A stretch of 58,031 nucleotides of DNA, filler included, from Jimgerdemannia flammicorona (lineage: Eukaryota): assembly GCA_003990765.1 (NCBI GenBank). It is 2 parts of 2 records of this genome, joined end to end, with 100 filler letters (N's around TTAATTAATTAA, not from the genome) between each part and the next. Parts side by side here need not be neighbours in the genome. Positions count along the whole stretch, not along the records: positions 29,075 to 58,031 come from RBNJ01000531.1; 1 more part is not named here. The stretch is one strand, 5' to 3'. The notes below the pieces were generated by a model. It was not told the DNA's origin, ran no database searches, and saw only the letters and a program-made list of their open reading frames with translations. Made by a program: the position numbers and the translations under genes. Positions 37,201-50,000 of this stretch are shown here, in pieces. Each line of letters opens with the position of its first letter. Positions within the stretch are counted from its first letter, which is position 1.

Positions 37201-37730
37201 GTCTGATATCAAAGAATCCTTGGGCTGCATCTACTTGCTCTTCAGACCTTCTGATACCCAGGGTGTGAACATGCTCGGCAATGTTTGGGGGAATTCCATT
37301 CATGAAGGTCATTGGACTGATGATGTCCTGATTGGTGGCATTGAACCCAGCAGCATACATTCTCTCTATATTCTTGTGAAGAAGGCTCTAGGTGACTCTC
37401 CAAGATTCATCTTCATCCCCATGATGGATTCTTGAGCCTTGTGGTGGGTTTCATTTCCCATGTACTTTTCAATGAGCCAGTGAACCATGACCTCATATTC
37501 TAGCTCATCAGACATTGCTGCTTATATCTGTCTTGCTAGTTCTGAATCTCGGGTATTTGCTGTTTGATAGAAAATTCCTCTGGCTGGTTCTCTGAGCTGA
37601 GCTTTGTAGATGGCAATTTTTCTTTCATCTGAGAGATTTCTCAAGGCTACAATTCCTTCAATTCTATCAAGGAATTCTCTGGGGTCTTCCTCTGGGTATC
37701 CTGCAAAGGTTGGCAATGAGGTGGCCATTT
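31260..37730 (-). pseudogene. gag-pol of element D
   Basis: Track ORFs 37522-37923, 33330-33746, 32616-33308, 32319-32609 and 31522-31749; integrase HQKAH...DTC zinc finger and KWKGPY. Confidence 0.92.
34135..34545 (-). pseudogene. dUTPase domain of element D
   Basis: DIGYDL, TSRSGL, GGTIDPGY, GQKITQA, RFGSSD. Confidence 0.9.
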
Positions 37731-38266
37731 CATCATCACTTTCTTCTGATTCTGGTTCAAGTTCGGATTCTGATTCTGATTCACTTTCTGAACTGTCACT
37801 AGAGATGGGGGTGCTTGGGTATCCTGAGGATGGTGTTCTGGATCTTGGACAAAGCAGAATAGGCCTAGGTATTCTTGTAGGAGCTATTTTCAACTCTACA
37901 AGGGGTTGTGGTAAAGGTTCCATTGGTGAGATTGGTGGGATTAGTATGGGGTGTCTGGCTGTAAGGTCTTGGGTTCATGTGATAAGATCTTCTAGTTCTT
38001 GTACAAGTTCTCTGAAATCTCTAGCAGGGCTGTCTATATTGTCTAGTTGATCTGGTTGGGGATTTCGGGCTGTACTGCCTCCTGCTTCTGGTTGGGATCC
38101 TTCTGATACTGGGTAGTTGGCAAGTCTTGATGTAATTACTTCTCTTCCTGTCCAAATGCTAGTGATGACTGGTTCTCCTATAGTGGCAGAGATTGGTGTT
38201 GTATCAAATGTATCCAGTTTGACTGTAGGTTCTTATGAGCTGAAAAGTTACATCGATTTGAAATCT

Positions 38267-38283
38267 TCCCAGTTGAGCTCCCA
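38267..38283 (-). promoter_or_regulatory. Primer-binding site, probably tRNA-Pro
   Basis: TGGGAGCTCAACTGGGA here and TGGAGGCTCAACTGGGA at 44988 both derive by transitions from TGGGGGCTCGACCGGGA, close to the known tRNA-Pro PBS TGGGGGCTCGTCCGGGA. Confidence 0.75.
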
Positions 38284-38951
38284 AATGTAATATGCCAGCT
38301 CAATGGAGGCAAATTACAAGGTTGGAGATTGATGTAGTTGGCTTGAGCCCACAGTTACTTTGTCAAAAAGTAACAAAATGTTCTAAGATTCCTGAGGTCC
38401 TTGGTGTTTAGTGGTATAATAGTCAAAGCTGGATATCTGTGAGTGATTTGTGTATCAATTTCCTAATTGGGATGGTTCTTTTGGATATAGCAGCAATTTG
38501 AGAATGGGTTTCCTTTTTGAGTAGCAGTTGATTTCTTTATATAGTGTAATGATCTCCTTGTACGTGATGGTCAGATAATTTAGTGGTTCTCCTTATGTAA
38601 TTTCTGCATGATGATCTTGTATAGTGCAAGTGGTTTCCTTCTTAGATGGCAGGTGATCTTGGAAATAATACTGGCAGCAGATAACTTGACAACTCAGGCT
38701 CACTGGGAATAACAAAGAACTCAGATGTCATGGATTCAGCTTCAACTGGGAATATCACTTGGATGGCGCAGATCTTCTGGGAATATGGATAACTTGAAAA
38801 TGGCAGATGACACAGATTCTCCTGAATCAGCAGGCTTCTGGGAAATAACTCAGATGGTGCAGATTCTTTGGAATCAGTGACTTTAACTGGAAAGGGTCTC
38901 TTGGCAAAGTTATGTCAAAGACTGGCTTCATTTGCATGAATGGGTCACTGC

Positions 38952-39095
38952 ATTAACCATTCTCAATATACTACCCTAGCTCCAATTACAACCTGTTAGC
39001 CCTCCCTAAAGATATGAAGCCAATGACTGACTATCCCTATCTAAATTACCAGGACCCATCCTAAGATCAACCATTCATCTCTTACCCCAGCTTTC
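38952..39095 (-). mobile_element. ~145-bp internal fragment of the LINE ORF2 C-terminal region
   Basis: GIVSHWLHIFREG vs GLAGHWLFVFEEG encoded at ~200-240. Confidence 0.55.
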
Positions 39096-40109
39096 TTTTC
39101 TACTCTAGTTCACTTTCTAATATAAAAAAGAGTCCAAAAAGTTTGAAAGCAAAAGTCAATTATCAATATCTACCAAAAGCTACTTAATTTAAGAAATATT
39201 GCAATACTTAGGAGATACTTATATTGGTCAATGAGCTACTGCTGAAAAGTTGTGAGCTTTGTCTTATTCTTACTCTAGTTTACTTTTCAATATAAAGAAG
39301 AAGCCTGACTGTATAAAACCAGTCTAGTATAAGATATATCTTTATAGTAAATAACCTAGTTCATATAAATAAAGCAGTTTTTGATATAACTTTACTTAAG
39401 AGAAAGTCTGCTATTTTTTGGAAAATATGCTTTATTTAAAAATTCTGCTGGTTTAGAAAGAATTTGTATTAACTAAATTATATATATATCTACTATTTTC
39501 AAATAATCTATATTATCTATTTAATAAGAAATTCTGCTAAATTACTTATATAATATCAAGATCAAGATATTTATATAGAAAATTACATACTTTGGAAACA
39601 AATCATCATATAGAAATTATATATATAAGGAAACTGCTCTTACTATACAATCTACTTAAAAAGGAAACTACTGAAATTGTCAAATTACTACTATATCCAA
39701 GAACCTGTCCTAATTAGGAAATTACTGAAATTATCTATATTATGTATACAAAATGGAGAACTTATCTCTTATATCATAATCAGATACAGATAAATTTGAT
39801 ATAGTTATGAATACAATTCAAACTTCAGCAAAGTGGCTGAGAGCCACTTAACATTATGCAGAACAATCATGCAATTTCCCCTTGGCAGACTTAGTTTAGC
39901 TCATTTCATACAGTTTCTTGTCCCTTTCTATGTCAAAGATAACTTAGCTAGTGGTGTTTTAAAAATACGCCAACCATTAATGTGAGTTAGTAACAATGTA
40001 ATCGGTCCAGTGACTGAGTATTCATCACATCTCAGCTAGTCAGGCATATACTATATCAAGTTGCAATTAGTCACTAGTATTTACAATCAGTTTGCGTACC
40101 ACATTCACA

Positions 40110-41429
40110 ATGCCCCCAATTCATACTCAGTCTCATGGTTCTTTGGAACCAGCTATAGCCCCAAGACCAGTTGCCCCCCTAGCCCCCTTACATGAACCTC
40201 ACCCCTCCCCCATTTCCAATCTATCTGGCCTACACGCTTGTTGCAAAGAACAGCTAGTCACACTGTGTCACGAACATCATCTGCCAGTCGAAGGTCAAAA
40301 AGCTGCACTAGTTATGTGTCTCAACTCACACCATCCAAGTCTCGACCCTCCACCTCAGCTGATTATTGGAGAGCAAGCTGAAGATGCCCTTATTGAATGC
40401 TTAATTCCCACTTTAGTTGGGTGCCTTGTAATACATCCATCCATTATACCAATGGGCCCCAACTTAATTACTCTGCCAGTATCAGGGCTACCAGTGGGCT
40501 TGTCACAGGCAATTCCTCTACTGGCCACTACTCCTCCCTCAGTCATGGCCCCCTTCATACCGCCACCTCCCATGACAAGGTTGATATCGCAATCGCTGCC
40601 AAATCTGCAAAGTGGTGAGTCTTCCTTGTCTCTCATTTTGGATGCCATGCTTCGATAGAATTGGGTACCACCCGACTTGCTGGCATCACTAGATGCGGGC
40701 AACTATCAGATTCTATCTGAATGGACTGGCAGCACTCTTATTTCATGATCAAGCAGCTGCAAAAAAGCAGATATACACATGCCCGACCATGACCTAGATC
40801 TACCACTGTGGCTCGAAGTCATCTTTAACATCCGAGATACTCTACTGGCTCTGGGTACCACCCGATCGACCTTGCATACATCCCATGCTCCTCAACTTCT
40901 TGCCCATGCAATCTTTATTATTAAAGCGATAAATGATCATTATGACTGGGTGGCACTTCAATGCTTCAACTGTCAAGTTCATACACTCAAGGCCTCCTTC
41001 CCTGACTTGGACATCGGCAATTCAGATATGGTTTACCGTACATTCGAGACAATCCTCAACCAACCTTCCTCAGCACTCTTAGCATACCAACATTACTCTA
41101 CATTCTCCTATGCTGGATCTCATGTAGTGGGAAGTTCATCAACTGCCCACCTGGCTGGCAGCCCAAAACTGGTCTCATCCACCAACCTCTTGTACTTTCG
41201 ATGTGGGGTGCAGGGATATACCATCAGCTCCTGTACCCAAACCCCACTCCAGCATCCTACTTTCCCATCCAAGCCAGACGATCCTATCTGTCCAGATGGT
41301 GCAGCAAGCTCGGTCTGTCATAACTTTAACGGCTCTGGTTGCTCCTATCAAAACTGCGGTCGAGCGCACATATGCCTCTTCTGCTATAGACCTCACACAG
41401 CCCCGGCTTGCTCTGCTCGCCATGGCTAA
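40110..41429 (+). pseudogene. Ngaro-1 ORF1 (gag-like): SAP-like N-terminal motif and C-terminal zinc fingers
   Basis: KEQLVTLCHEHHLPVEGQKAALVMCL; YFRCGVQGYTISSC; CHNFNGSGCSYQNCGRAHICLFCYRPHTAPAC. Confidence 0.78.
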
Positions 41430-43010
41430 TCTCTCAATTCCCCCCACTTCTAGTCATCCAACCACCCCATACCATATTAAGGAGTAGAAAAGGGTACTGC
41501 ATTCGCATCCCAACCAATCACTCATTCAGTACCACCTAACAGGTCTTTACCACGGTTATCAGCATGGAAATCACTCTCACCCTGAGCTTTGCATCAACCT
41601 CATATCCAACAACCTTACTTCCACTTATCAGTACCAAGAAGTTCTCTCCACCAACATTCTTACTGAGCTAGCTGTGGGTCGCTATCTTGGCCCATTTTTG
41701 TCTCTCTCCTCCATACCACCAGAATTCCACCCCTTTCGCAATGTACCCCTTGGTGCCATTCCTAAGAAGCACTCGTCCAAATTTTGTACTATACAACATC
41801 TATCCTTTCCCTATGGGAGTTCAGTCAATGATGGAATCGATCCTGAGGAGTTCTCAATCCAGTACTAGTCCATTCAAGCTGTCATTCCCCTTCTCCTCTC
41901 AGTCGGCTCTACTGCACTCTTCTGGAAGACCGATGTGGCTGACACCTTCCACACCATCCCAGTACACCACTCTGATTGGGCTATGCAGGGTATCTGCTGG
42001 CTTAGTCTTTTCTTCCTCGACATATTCCTCCCCTTTGGTCTTCACTCTGCTCCCTTTATCTTCACATCTCTCATGGACCTCTTTACCTGGATCTGTATTC
42101 AACTGTACAATCTTTCTAACTTGGGCCATTTCGTTGATGACTTTATCTATGTTGCACCTCTGTCCAGCGCATTCTCCTTCTATAATCAATTTCATGCTAC
42201 CACATCTCGATTCGGCCTCCCACTCAAACCCTCCAAAGATATTCCTCCTACTCCAACTATAGAGTATATTGGCTTCATTCTCAACACTCCAACAATAATG
42301 ATTAGTCTCCCAATGGAGAAACACACATGCATTCTCACCTTACTAGCATCATGGCATATACTGGCTCAGCAGACTCGATCATACCATCTATGTCCACATT
42401 CACACCATGAAGCTCAATCACTCTCAGGCCATCTTATGCACATTGTTCAAATACTTCCAGATGGGAAGGTGTTTTGCGACAGCATCATTCGCTTCACTTT
42501 CTCTTGGAAACCACTCTATGCAGGGTGGCATTTTCCACCTCCTTGACTAGTCACTGACTTACAGTGGTGGTATGATATTCTACACTCATGGCCAGGTCAT
42601 CGCCTGCTCTGCCATTCTGAGTGGCTCAATTGTGATCTGTTTACAGATGCATCTGGGACACTTGGTGCTGGCAGCCTGCTGGGCCAATGCTGGTGGAGTA
42701 CTCATTGGGCTCCCTCCTTCTTAGATCTGAATGGCTATGATATATTCTGGAAAGAAATATTTGCCATTTGGGTCTCATTGATGCTCTGGGGCCCCTTGTT
42801 TTGTTCTCAATTTATTATTCTCTGGTGTGATAGCCAGCCCTGTGTCGAATTGTTGACCAGTGGTCAGGCATGCTATTATCCTCTTATCAACAACTTACTT
42901 CGTTGTATCATTCTCTTACATCTCGAAATCAGATTCAAAATTCAAGCTTGTTACATCTCTTCAGCATCTAACCCTGTAGACTCCTTATCTCGCCATATAC
43001 ATCCTCCACA
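41422..43010 (+). pseudogene. Ngaro-1 RT/RNase H
   Basis: GRYLGPF, PLGAIPKK, HLSFPYGSSVNDGI, LPFGLHSAP, HFVDDF, LFTDASG, KEIFAI, WCDSQ, NPVDSLSR. Confidence 0.92.
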
Positions 43011-43029
43011 TCCCCAGGACCCATTGCCT

Positions 43030-44070
43030 ACATTAATCACATCCCTCTTTGGCCTCGCCATCAATTCGACACCTGCCTCTACCAATGTACCCACACTTGA
43101 ACAGGTAACTTCCGGTCAGGCACCAATTCTCTACACCGATTTCTCAACTCCTACAATATTGTAGAGGCCACTGCTTTCCCTCTTCAAGATGAATTACTTA
43201 GTTATTGGGCTCTTTGGCTTGTCCAAGATGGAAAGCCCTACTCTACCATCAAGAACTACTTCTATGATCTTGCAGCCTATCAGGTCGCTCACTGGCATGG
43301 TCCTCCACTCCAGTGCCTTTCTCTACCCCTCTTCAACACCATTATGAAGTCTATTCAGACTCACCCACCACCTTCCAGTTCACTCGACTGGCTTCCTATT
43401 ATGCACCAATACCTCTGGTCTATCCATCTCTCTCTCTACATAGACACTCCTTTTGGTGCTACTATTTGGGCAGTGGTGTGCTCTGCTTTTTATGGCTTAA
43501 TGCATGTTGGTGAATTTACTACTCGAGATGGCTCCATATTCAATCCGAATTGGCAAATTTGTCATCACCATCTTCATCGCTGACAGGATGACACCCTTTC
43601 TCAACCATTCTGGGCTCTACATCTTCCCCGAACAAAAACAGGTAGAGCAGGTGATGTCTTCCTTGGCTTCTCTGGTGCCTTCAATTGCCCATGCACTACA
43701 ATTGACAACATGGTCCATATTCTCCCAGCACAACCTCATGACCCCACCTTCTGCCTTGGTCTAGACCAATCACTTTCTCGATCTACATTCATTGAAGCGT
43801 TTTGATCTCCACTCACGGGCACCTCCCTAGCTGTCAGTATTTATGGTCACTCCTTTCGAATTGGTGGTGCCATGCTTCTGGCAGCTGGGGGCTATCCTGA
43901 TCATATCATTCAACTCACTGGTCGATGGAAATCCACCATATTTCTCCACTACATTTGACATCTCGACCACATTCTCTCCAAAACCATGGCAATACTAGCA
44001 GGACTCCCTCTACCCAATCTTCAGCGGGCCATGGGTTTGGCCGGTAATGGCCAAATTTCGCCCATAAGTA
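43030..44070 (+). pseudogene. Ngaro-1 tyrosine recombinase
   Basis: FYGLMHVGEFT (catalytic R mutated to H), LPRTKT, GHSFRIGGA (~43845), GRWKS...HYI. Confidence 0.9.
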
Positions 44071-47056
44071 GTTTATGGCACCGTTAGGAGCCTAAAACCA
44101 CTTCCCAGGCCCGCAGTTTTGGCCCCCTTTGCTAATGCGAATAGCGGGCCTTGGAGGCATATGCTTCCATATAGCCAAACCTACCCTGCTTCATCCCCTA
44201 TACACATTCTACATTTTACACTTCATAATCTCCCCTTTTCTACTTCATTGAATTGGTCACTCGATAGACACTTTGATATAATTATGAATGCAATTCAAAC
44301 TTCAGCAAAGTGGCCAAGAGCCACTTAACATTATGTAGAACAATCATGCAATTTCCCCTTGGCAGACTTAGTTTAGCTCATTTCATGTGGTTTCTTATCC
44401 CTTTCTACGCCAAAGATAACTTAGCTAGTAGTGTTTTAAAAATATGCCAACTATTAATATGAGTTAGTAACAATGTAATCAGTCCAGTGACTGAGTATTC
44501 GTCACATCTCAGCTAGTCAGGCATATACTATGCCAAGTTGCAATTAGTTGCTAGTATTTACAATCAGTTTGCATAACTCTCCCACCCATCCCCTTTTAGT
44601 AGTATATAATAAAAGAAGGCCCCCTTTGCTAATGCGAATGGTGGGCCTTAGAGGCATATGCTTCTATATAGCCAAACCTACCCTGCTTCATCCCCTATAC
44701 ATATTCTACATTTTATGCTTCATAATCCCCCCTTTTCTACTTCATTGAATTGGTCACTCGATAGACACTTTGTCTACCAAAAATTTAATATTTTTAATAA
44801 AATATTTTTTTAATTCAATTTTTTTTACTGACAAATTTATCTGCAAATTAATATAAGAGATATCTATTTCTCAGAGAAACTATTAAACATTTTGTTGCTT
44901 TTTTAACAAAGTAACTAAGAGCTTAAGCCAAACTATATAATAGTATCAATCTTGTAATTTATCTTTATTCAGCTAGTATATTATATTTGGAGGCTCAACT
45001 GGGAAGATTTTCTTTAAATCTATATAACTTTTCAGCTCATAGAAACCCAACAGCCAAACTGGATATATTTGATACAACACCAATATCTACTACTATAGGA
45101 GAGTGAGTTATTACTAGTATTTGAACTAGAAGAGAAGTAATTATCATAAGACTTATCAATTATCCAGCATAGAAAGATCTCAACCAGAAGCTAATAAAGT
45201 ACAGAATCCTCAACTAGTATTGACAGACTTACAACTAGGAGACTTGATCCAACTAGATTGACTAGACCAATTAGATCAACTAGATAATATAGATAGCTTT
45301 TCTAGAAACTTCAATAAGCTTACATATATAAGAACTAGAAGATTTTATTACATAATTCTGATTTCTCTTAAAAGCTCTATCAGTCTCCCATTGAACCACT
45401 ATCAGGACCAGAAACCACAGAACCAGAAGTACTAAAAATAGCTCCTTTAAAGTTACCCAGACTTACTATACCTTACTCAAGATCAATAATACCATCTTTA
45501 GAATATCCAAGTATATATCTCAAGCTTTAGCAATAACTTAGAAAGTGAATCAGAACCAGAATCAGAACTAGAATCAGAACTAGAAGAGAGTGATGATGAA
45601 ATAGCCATCTTAATATCAATTTTTATAGAATATCCAGAAGAAGACCCCAGAGAATTTCTTGATAGAATTGAAGAAATTATAGCTTTAAAAAATCTTTCTG
45701 TCTAGAGAAAAGTTGCTATCTATAAGGCCCAACTCAAAGAACCAGCTAAGGGAATTTTTAACTAAGTAGAAAATAATATATATTCAGAACTTAGAACAGC
45801 CATTCTCATAGTACTATCTTGAGAAGAAGAATATAGAGCCATTACTCACTGACTTATTGAAAAATATACAGGAAATAAAACCTGCCACAAGACTTAAGAA
45901 TTCATCATAGAGATAAAGATAAATCTTGAAAAATTACCTAAAGTATTCTTTATCAAAATCCAGAAAAGAATATATATAGTCAGGTTTAATGTTATCAATT
46001 AAGATATTATAGATTAAATGATCTTTATAAATGGAATTCCTCTAAACATTGCCCAGTATATCTATATTTCAGACATCAAAAGGCCTGAAGAATAAGTAGA
46101 TATAGTCTAAGGATTTTTTGATATCAGATAAGAAATCACCTGAAGTAATTATAATAAGAAAGTTAACAAGAAAGACCTCTTAATCAAAACCCTACAAGAA
46201 CTCCTTCAAGAATATAGAAAACCAAAAGAAGGAAAGCTGGTTAAGAAGTGAAAGAAAGAGAGAAATGAAATCTAGAAACTTAACTTTAAGTTGGAATAAT
46301 TGGCTGGGCAAATTGAAAAACTTGCCACATGTAAAAACTAGAGCTATCTACAGAATAACAGAGGATATTATAACATGCCTAACTTAATAGAGGTAAATTA
46401 CTAGATTGGAGATTAATGTAGTTTGGCTTAAGTCCTTAGTTACTTTTTTAAAAAATAACAAAATGTTCTATAATTCCTGAGATCTTTGGTATTTAGTGAT
46501 ATAATAGTCAAATCTGAATATGGTAGTCAATTCTGGTAGATTTTCTTATTAGGACTCTTCTCTGAGTATAGTAGCAAATTTGTATATATGATATGAACAG
46601 TTTCCTTTTTAAGTAGTGAATAATTCCTGTATAGCTCAACAATCTCCAAAAGTATGTAATTTCTGGTATAATAGTCTTATGATCTCTGTGTAGCATAATG
46701 ATCTCTGCATGATGATCTTGTTTCCAAAAGTATGTAATTTCTGTATGATGATCTCTGTGTGTAGGTTTTCTTAATAAGCAGTTAGTGCTCTGAATGAGTC
46801 AATTTAATCTGGATTAGATTCAGATTGATTTGGATTGAATCCCATCTGGATCAACTCAGATGAGATTTGAATCTCATCTAGATTGATTTGAATCTGATTT
46901 CCAAATTAGACAATTAAATGTTTACATCAATAACTCAATAAATAATCATCCAATTTTGATGATCTTAGTGTCATTGGAAAGCCCTTAATAGGGCCTTTCT
47001 AATGATACCAAGAATGTTAAAGTCAGATTATGCATTGCCAAGCTATTAAGGAAAAC

Positions 47057-50000
47057 ATTTTAAATCTCATCTTACTACTCTGAACCCAATTCTCCCATCT
47101 CTTCATAAATAATAAATTGGATGAATATATATTTATATATTGGGCAAATGCATGCATGAGAAAAGTTCTGTCTTGAATATATTGCATTGGTCAGTTCTAA
47201 GAACCCAACATAAAAAGGTATATAAGAGAGAGATAAATAGGAGTAAAAACTATATAATAGTGATTGAGTGGGATTGGAAGAGATCAGGATATTGGTGAAT
47301 AATAATTGCATAATTGCTAATTATAAATACATATTTCCTAATTGAGTAATACATATCTTTAATGTACTATCTCTTTGAGATCCCTTTATTAAATTTCTGT
47401 CTTACTATTCTGAACCAAATTCTTCTGTCTCTTTGTAAATAATAAATTAGATAAATATATATTTGTATATTGGGCAAATGTTGTATGAGAAAAGTTCTGT
47501 CTCAAATGTGCTATATCAGTCAGTTCAAAGATCTCAGCTCAAAGAAATTAGATGAGCTTACATCATAGTCATAGAGCCTATATAGAGTATAGTCATTAGG
47601 ATCTACATTATATTAATGTGATTTGTCTGTAGTCTAGGGCCCTATATGGGTAAGAAAGAAGAGATAGCCTGCTCATGGTCTTCAAATCCTACACTACTTG
47701 CAATTTTGAGACTTAGTATTAGAGTGTGTATCCTATTCAGGTCTTTATAATCTTAGGATTCTATATCATAGAGGTAAGTGAACCAACCATAGTCTTCAAA
47801 TTCTGCACTACCATAGTTATAGGACTCAGGTTGTTGTGGTCTTAGGATTTGGCATCATAGAGTATGTATATCAAACCATTGTTATGGAAACTTCACTGCC
47901 TCACAATCTTGTGGCTTGGTACAAAAGCAGGTCCTATGTGAGTACTCATGGTAAAGAGTTCTATATAGATGGCTGATAAAGGTTGGATGTGATAGTAGTG
48001 ATTTGTATGATCATATAACATATCTGGCCATATTATGAGAGGCCAGAATCATCATCAAGGAGAGAATGCAAGAGATGGGCATTCAAATGTATAGTTGATA
48101 GATATCACTATACTACTGCTTAAGAATTTGAATCTCATAGTCTGAGAACCCAGTCTCAGTGGTATCAGATGTGGCCCCAATGTGAAAGCTGTATCTGGCA
48201 AAGATAGATGCTTGCAATCCAATAGCCATAAGAGGGACCATAGGTCCAAAAGGAGCCATACTTAAGGGAATGAAGTATTGTTGATCCAATAGAAAAGTGG
48301 CAAGTCAGAAGGAGCCAGAAAGAAGTAGAAGAGAGCTTGGAGAAGATGGACAATACACAGAGTGCCAACTAGTATATGAGCAATATAGAGAGTAGTATTC
48401 TTGCAGAAAGAATCTGTCTTAGAGAAGGGGATGGTTAACATAATATAGGCAGAGTTACATACTGAAGGTATAAATCATATAGTAGAATAGGAGAGGTTGA
48501 CAGTAGGGTCAAATACTACTGATCTCTATGTGATTTCACCAGAATAAAGGAATCCAAAATATACAAGCATAATAGCTGCTGCAAAATTAAGATGGTTTTC
48601 AGTAGAAAGGTCTAAGAGGAGAAGAATTTATAATAAGATAGAGATAGAGATAGAGAGGCTTGGCCATGGGGTTGACTCTCTAACCTAATACTTGATGTCC
48701 TGAAGGATCTGCAGAAGCTGAAGCAAGTCTTCTAAAGGGTCAGGAAGGCTGGCAGTGATGTAGAGTGAGCAATAGTACATAAGTATGATTTGATGATATC
48801 TAGACATAGTTGTTATAGGGTCAGAGCATATACTCACTAAATCAGATATCATTTGGAAGCTGGCAGAATAGAACCATCCTGGTTGTAGAGGTTGTTAATG
48901 ATACAGAATTCAAGAAAACTATGTTGGCTGGTTAAATATAATTAGTATATAGAGCCTGCTAGGCTGAACTATAGAAAGAATACAGTGAGGGGTGGAAGGC
49001 CATAGGGGTAGGAAGAGAGTCTGATATTGTTGGGGTCTGGTCAGCATAAGGGGTGAGGGAGTAAAGCCATAAGGGGTCAAGACAAGACAATACATCAGCA
49101 ATGGCATTAAGATAGGAGGGGATAAATGATGCTCATAATTGAAAAGAGTATGAAGCCCCCAGTAAGAGAAGTTGGTGAAGGAGTTCAAGGAGTTTTGGAT
49201 TATGAGAGGTACCAGAATTGATGCAGGACATTGCAGCCTAATTGTCAATATAGATGTGAATGTGGCAGAACTGCCAATGGGGGCCCCATGTAGCTACAGT
49301 AATGATAATAATATATAATTCTTTAAATTGGATCTCTTCAGAAAGAAGATCCATGAGCTAGAGGATAGAGAACCATACTCTATTAAAAAATACTGTGAAG
49401 CCATAAGTGCTACTGGCATCAGTCCAGAATCAATAATCAATGATCTCTTCCCATGGGACAATAATTATGACTCTATTCCACAGTGGGAAGAATTGTAATC
49501 ACTAATATAAGTCAGCAAAAAAATTGGCAGTCAAGTTGATATAGAGATTGGGGTGAGAAATAAAGTTCGAAATATTGATAAAACAGTGAAGAAAGGGTCA
49601 GCCTGAACAATAACATTCAGGCCATGGTATTTGAAAAGTCATTCAAGTATTTTACCAAAGACATTGAAGAGGAATGGAGATGAATATAGTCTGAAGAGAA
49701 GGAATTGGTCAAAATATAATAGACTCTGCCAATAGAAGTCTAGTAGTTCCCAATTTTCCAGATGGACCTGAATATGTTAGAAGGCATTCACCAAGTCAAC
49801 TTTAAACAGTAGGGTACCTCTGCCAAGATGTCATATGATATCTAATACTTGATCAAAGACAGCATACTTGAGAGTAAAATCATTAATTAATATATCATCA
49901 TTAACCAATATATCATAAGACCAAGAGAGATGATAAATGTGGCACCAATTAGTAGATTCTTTCTTTACCACTATACCCAATAGAGATGTCTGAAAATTCA

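Larger units (their letters stand above)
29392..38951 (-). mobile_element. Ty3/Gypsy element D (gag-PR-insert-dUTPase-RT-RH-INT-accessory ORF); 3' LTR 29392-30705 complete, 5' LTR 38286-38951 truncated
   Basis: Direct repeat TGTAATATGC... at 29392 and 38286; ends GTCACA at 30705; PPT-like TTCAGTGGGAGCTGA; LPTFAGYPEEDPREF gag, LIDTGAAV protease, [29 protein letters not shown]. Confidence 0.94.
39795..44772 (+). mobile_element. Tyrosine-recombinase retrotransposon (DIRS order, Ngaro/PAT-type split direct repeats), full length (Ngaro-1)
   Basis: A1 39795-40097, B1 44121-44275, A2 44272-44574, B2 44618-44772 (A1-ORFs-B1-A2-B2); gag-like, RT/RH and YR regions in order. Confidence 0.95.
39762..44862. 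mobile_element. MITE copy 2 (39762-39798 + 44773-44862), interrupted by Ngaro-1
   Basis: Joining the flanks gives tatcataatcagatacagataaatttg|tctaccaaaaatttaatattttt, matching rc of ~9960-10012; TIR tatctcttatat...cagataaatttgtc. Confidence 0.65.
39096..46368 (+). mobile_element. Decayed D-family copy D2: partial 5' LTR (split by MITE + Ngaro-1), PBS at 44988, gag, truncated by element E
   Basis: 39096-39730 and 44885-44985 match rc of the D LTR; 45540-45720 encodes ESESEPESELES...YPEEDPREFLDRIE. Confidence 0.85.
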
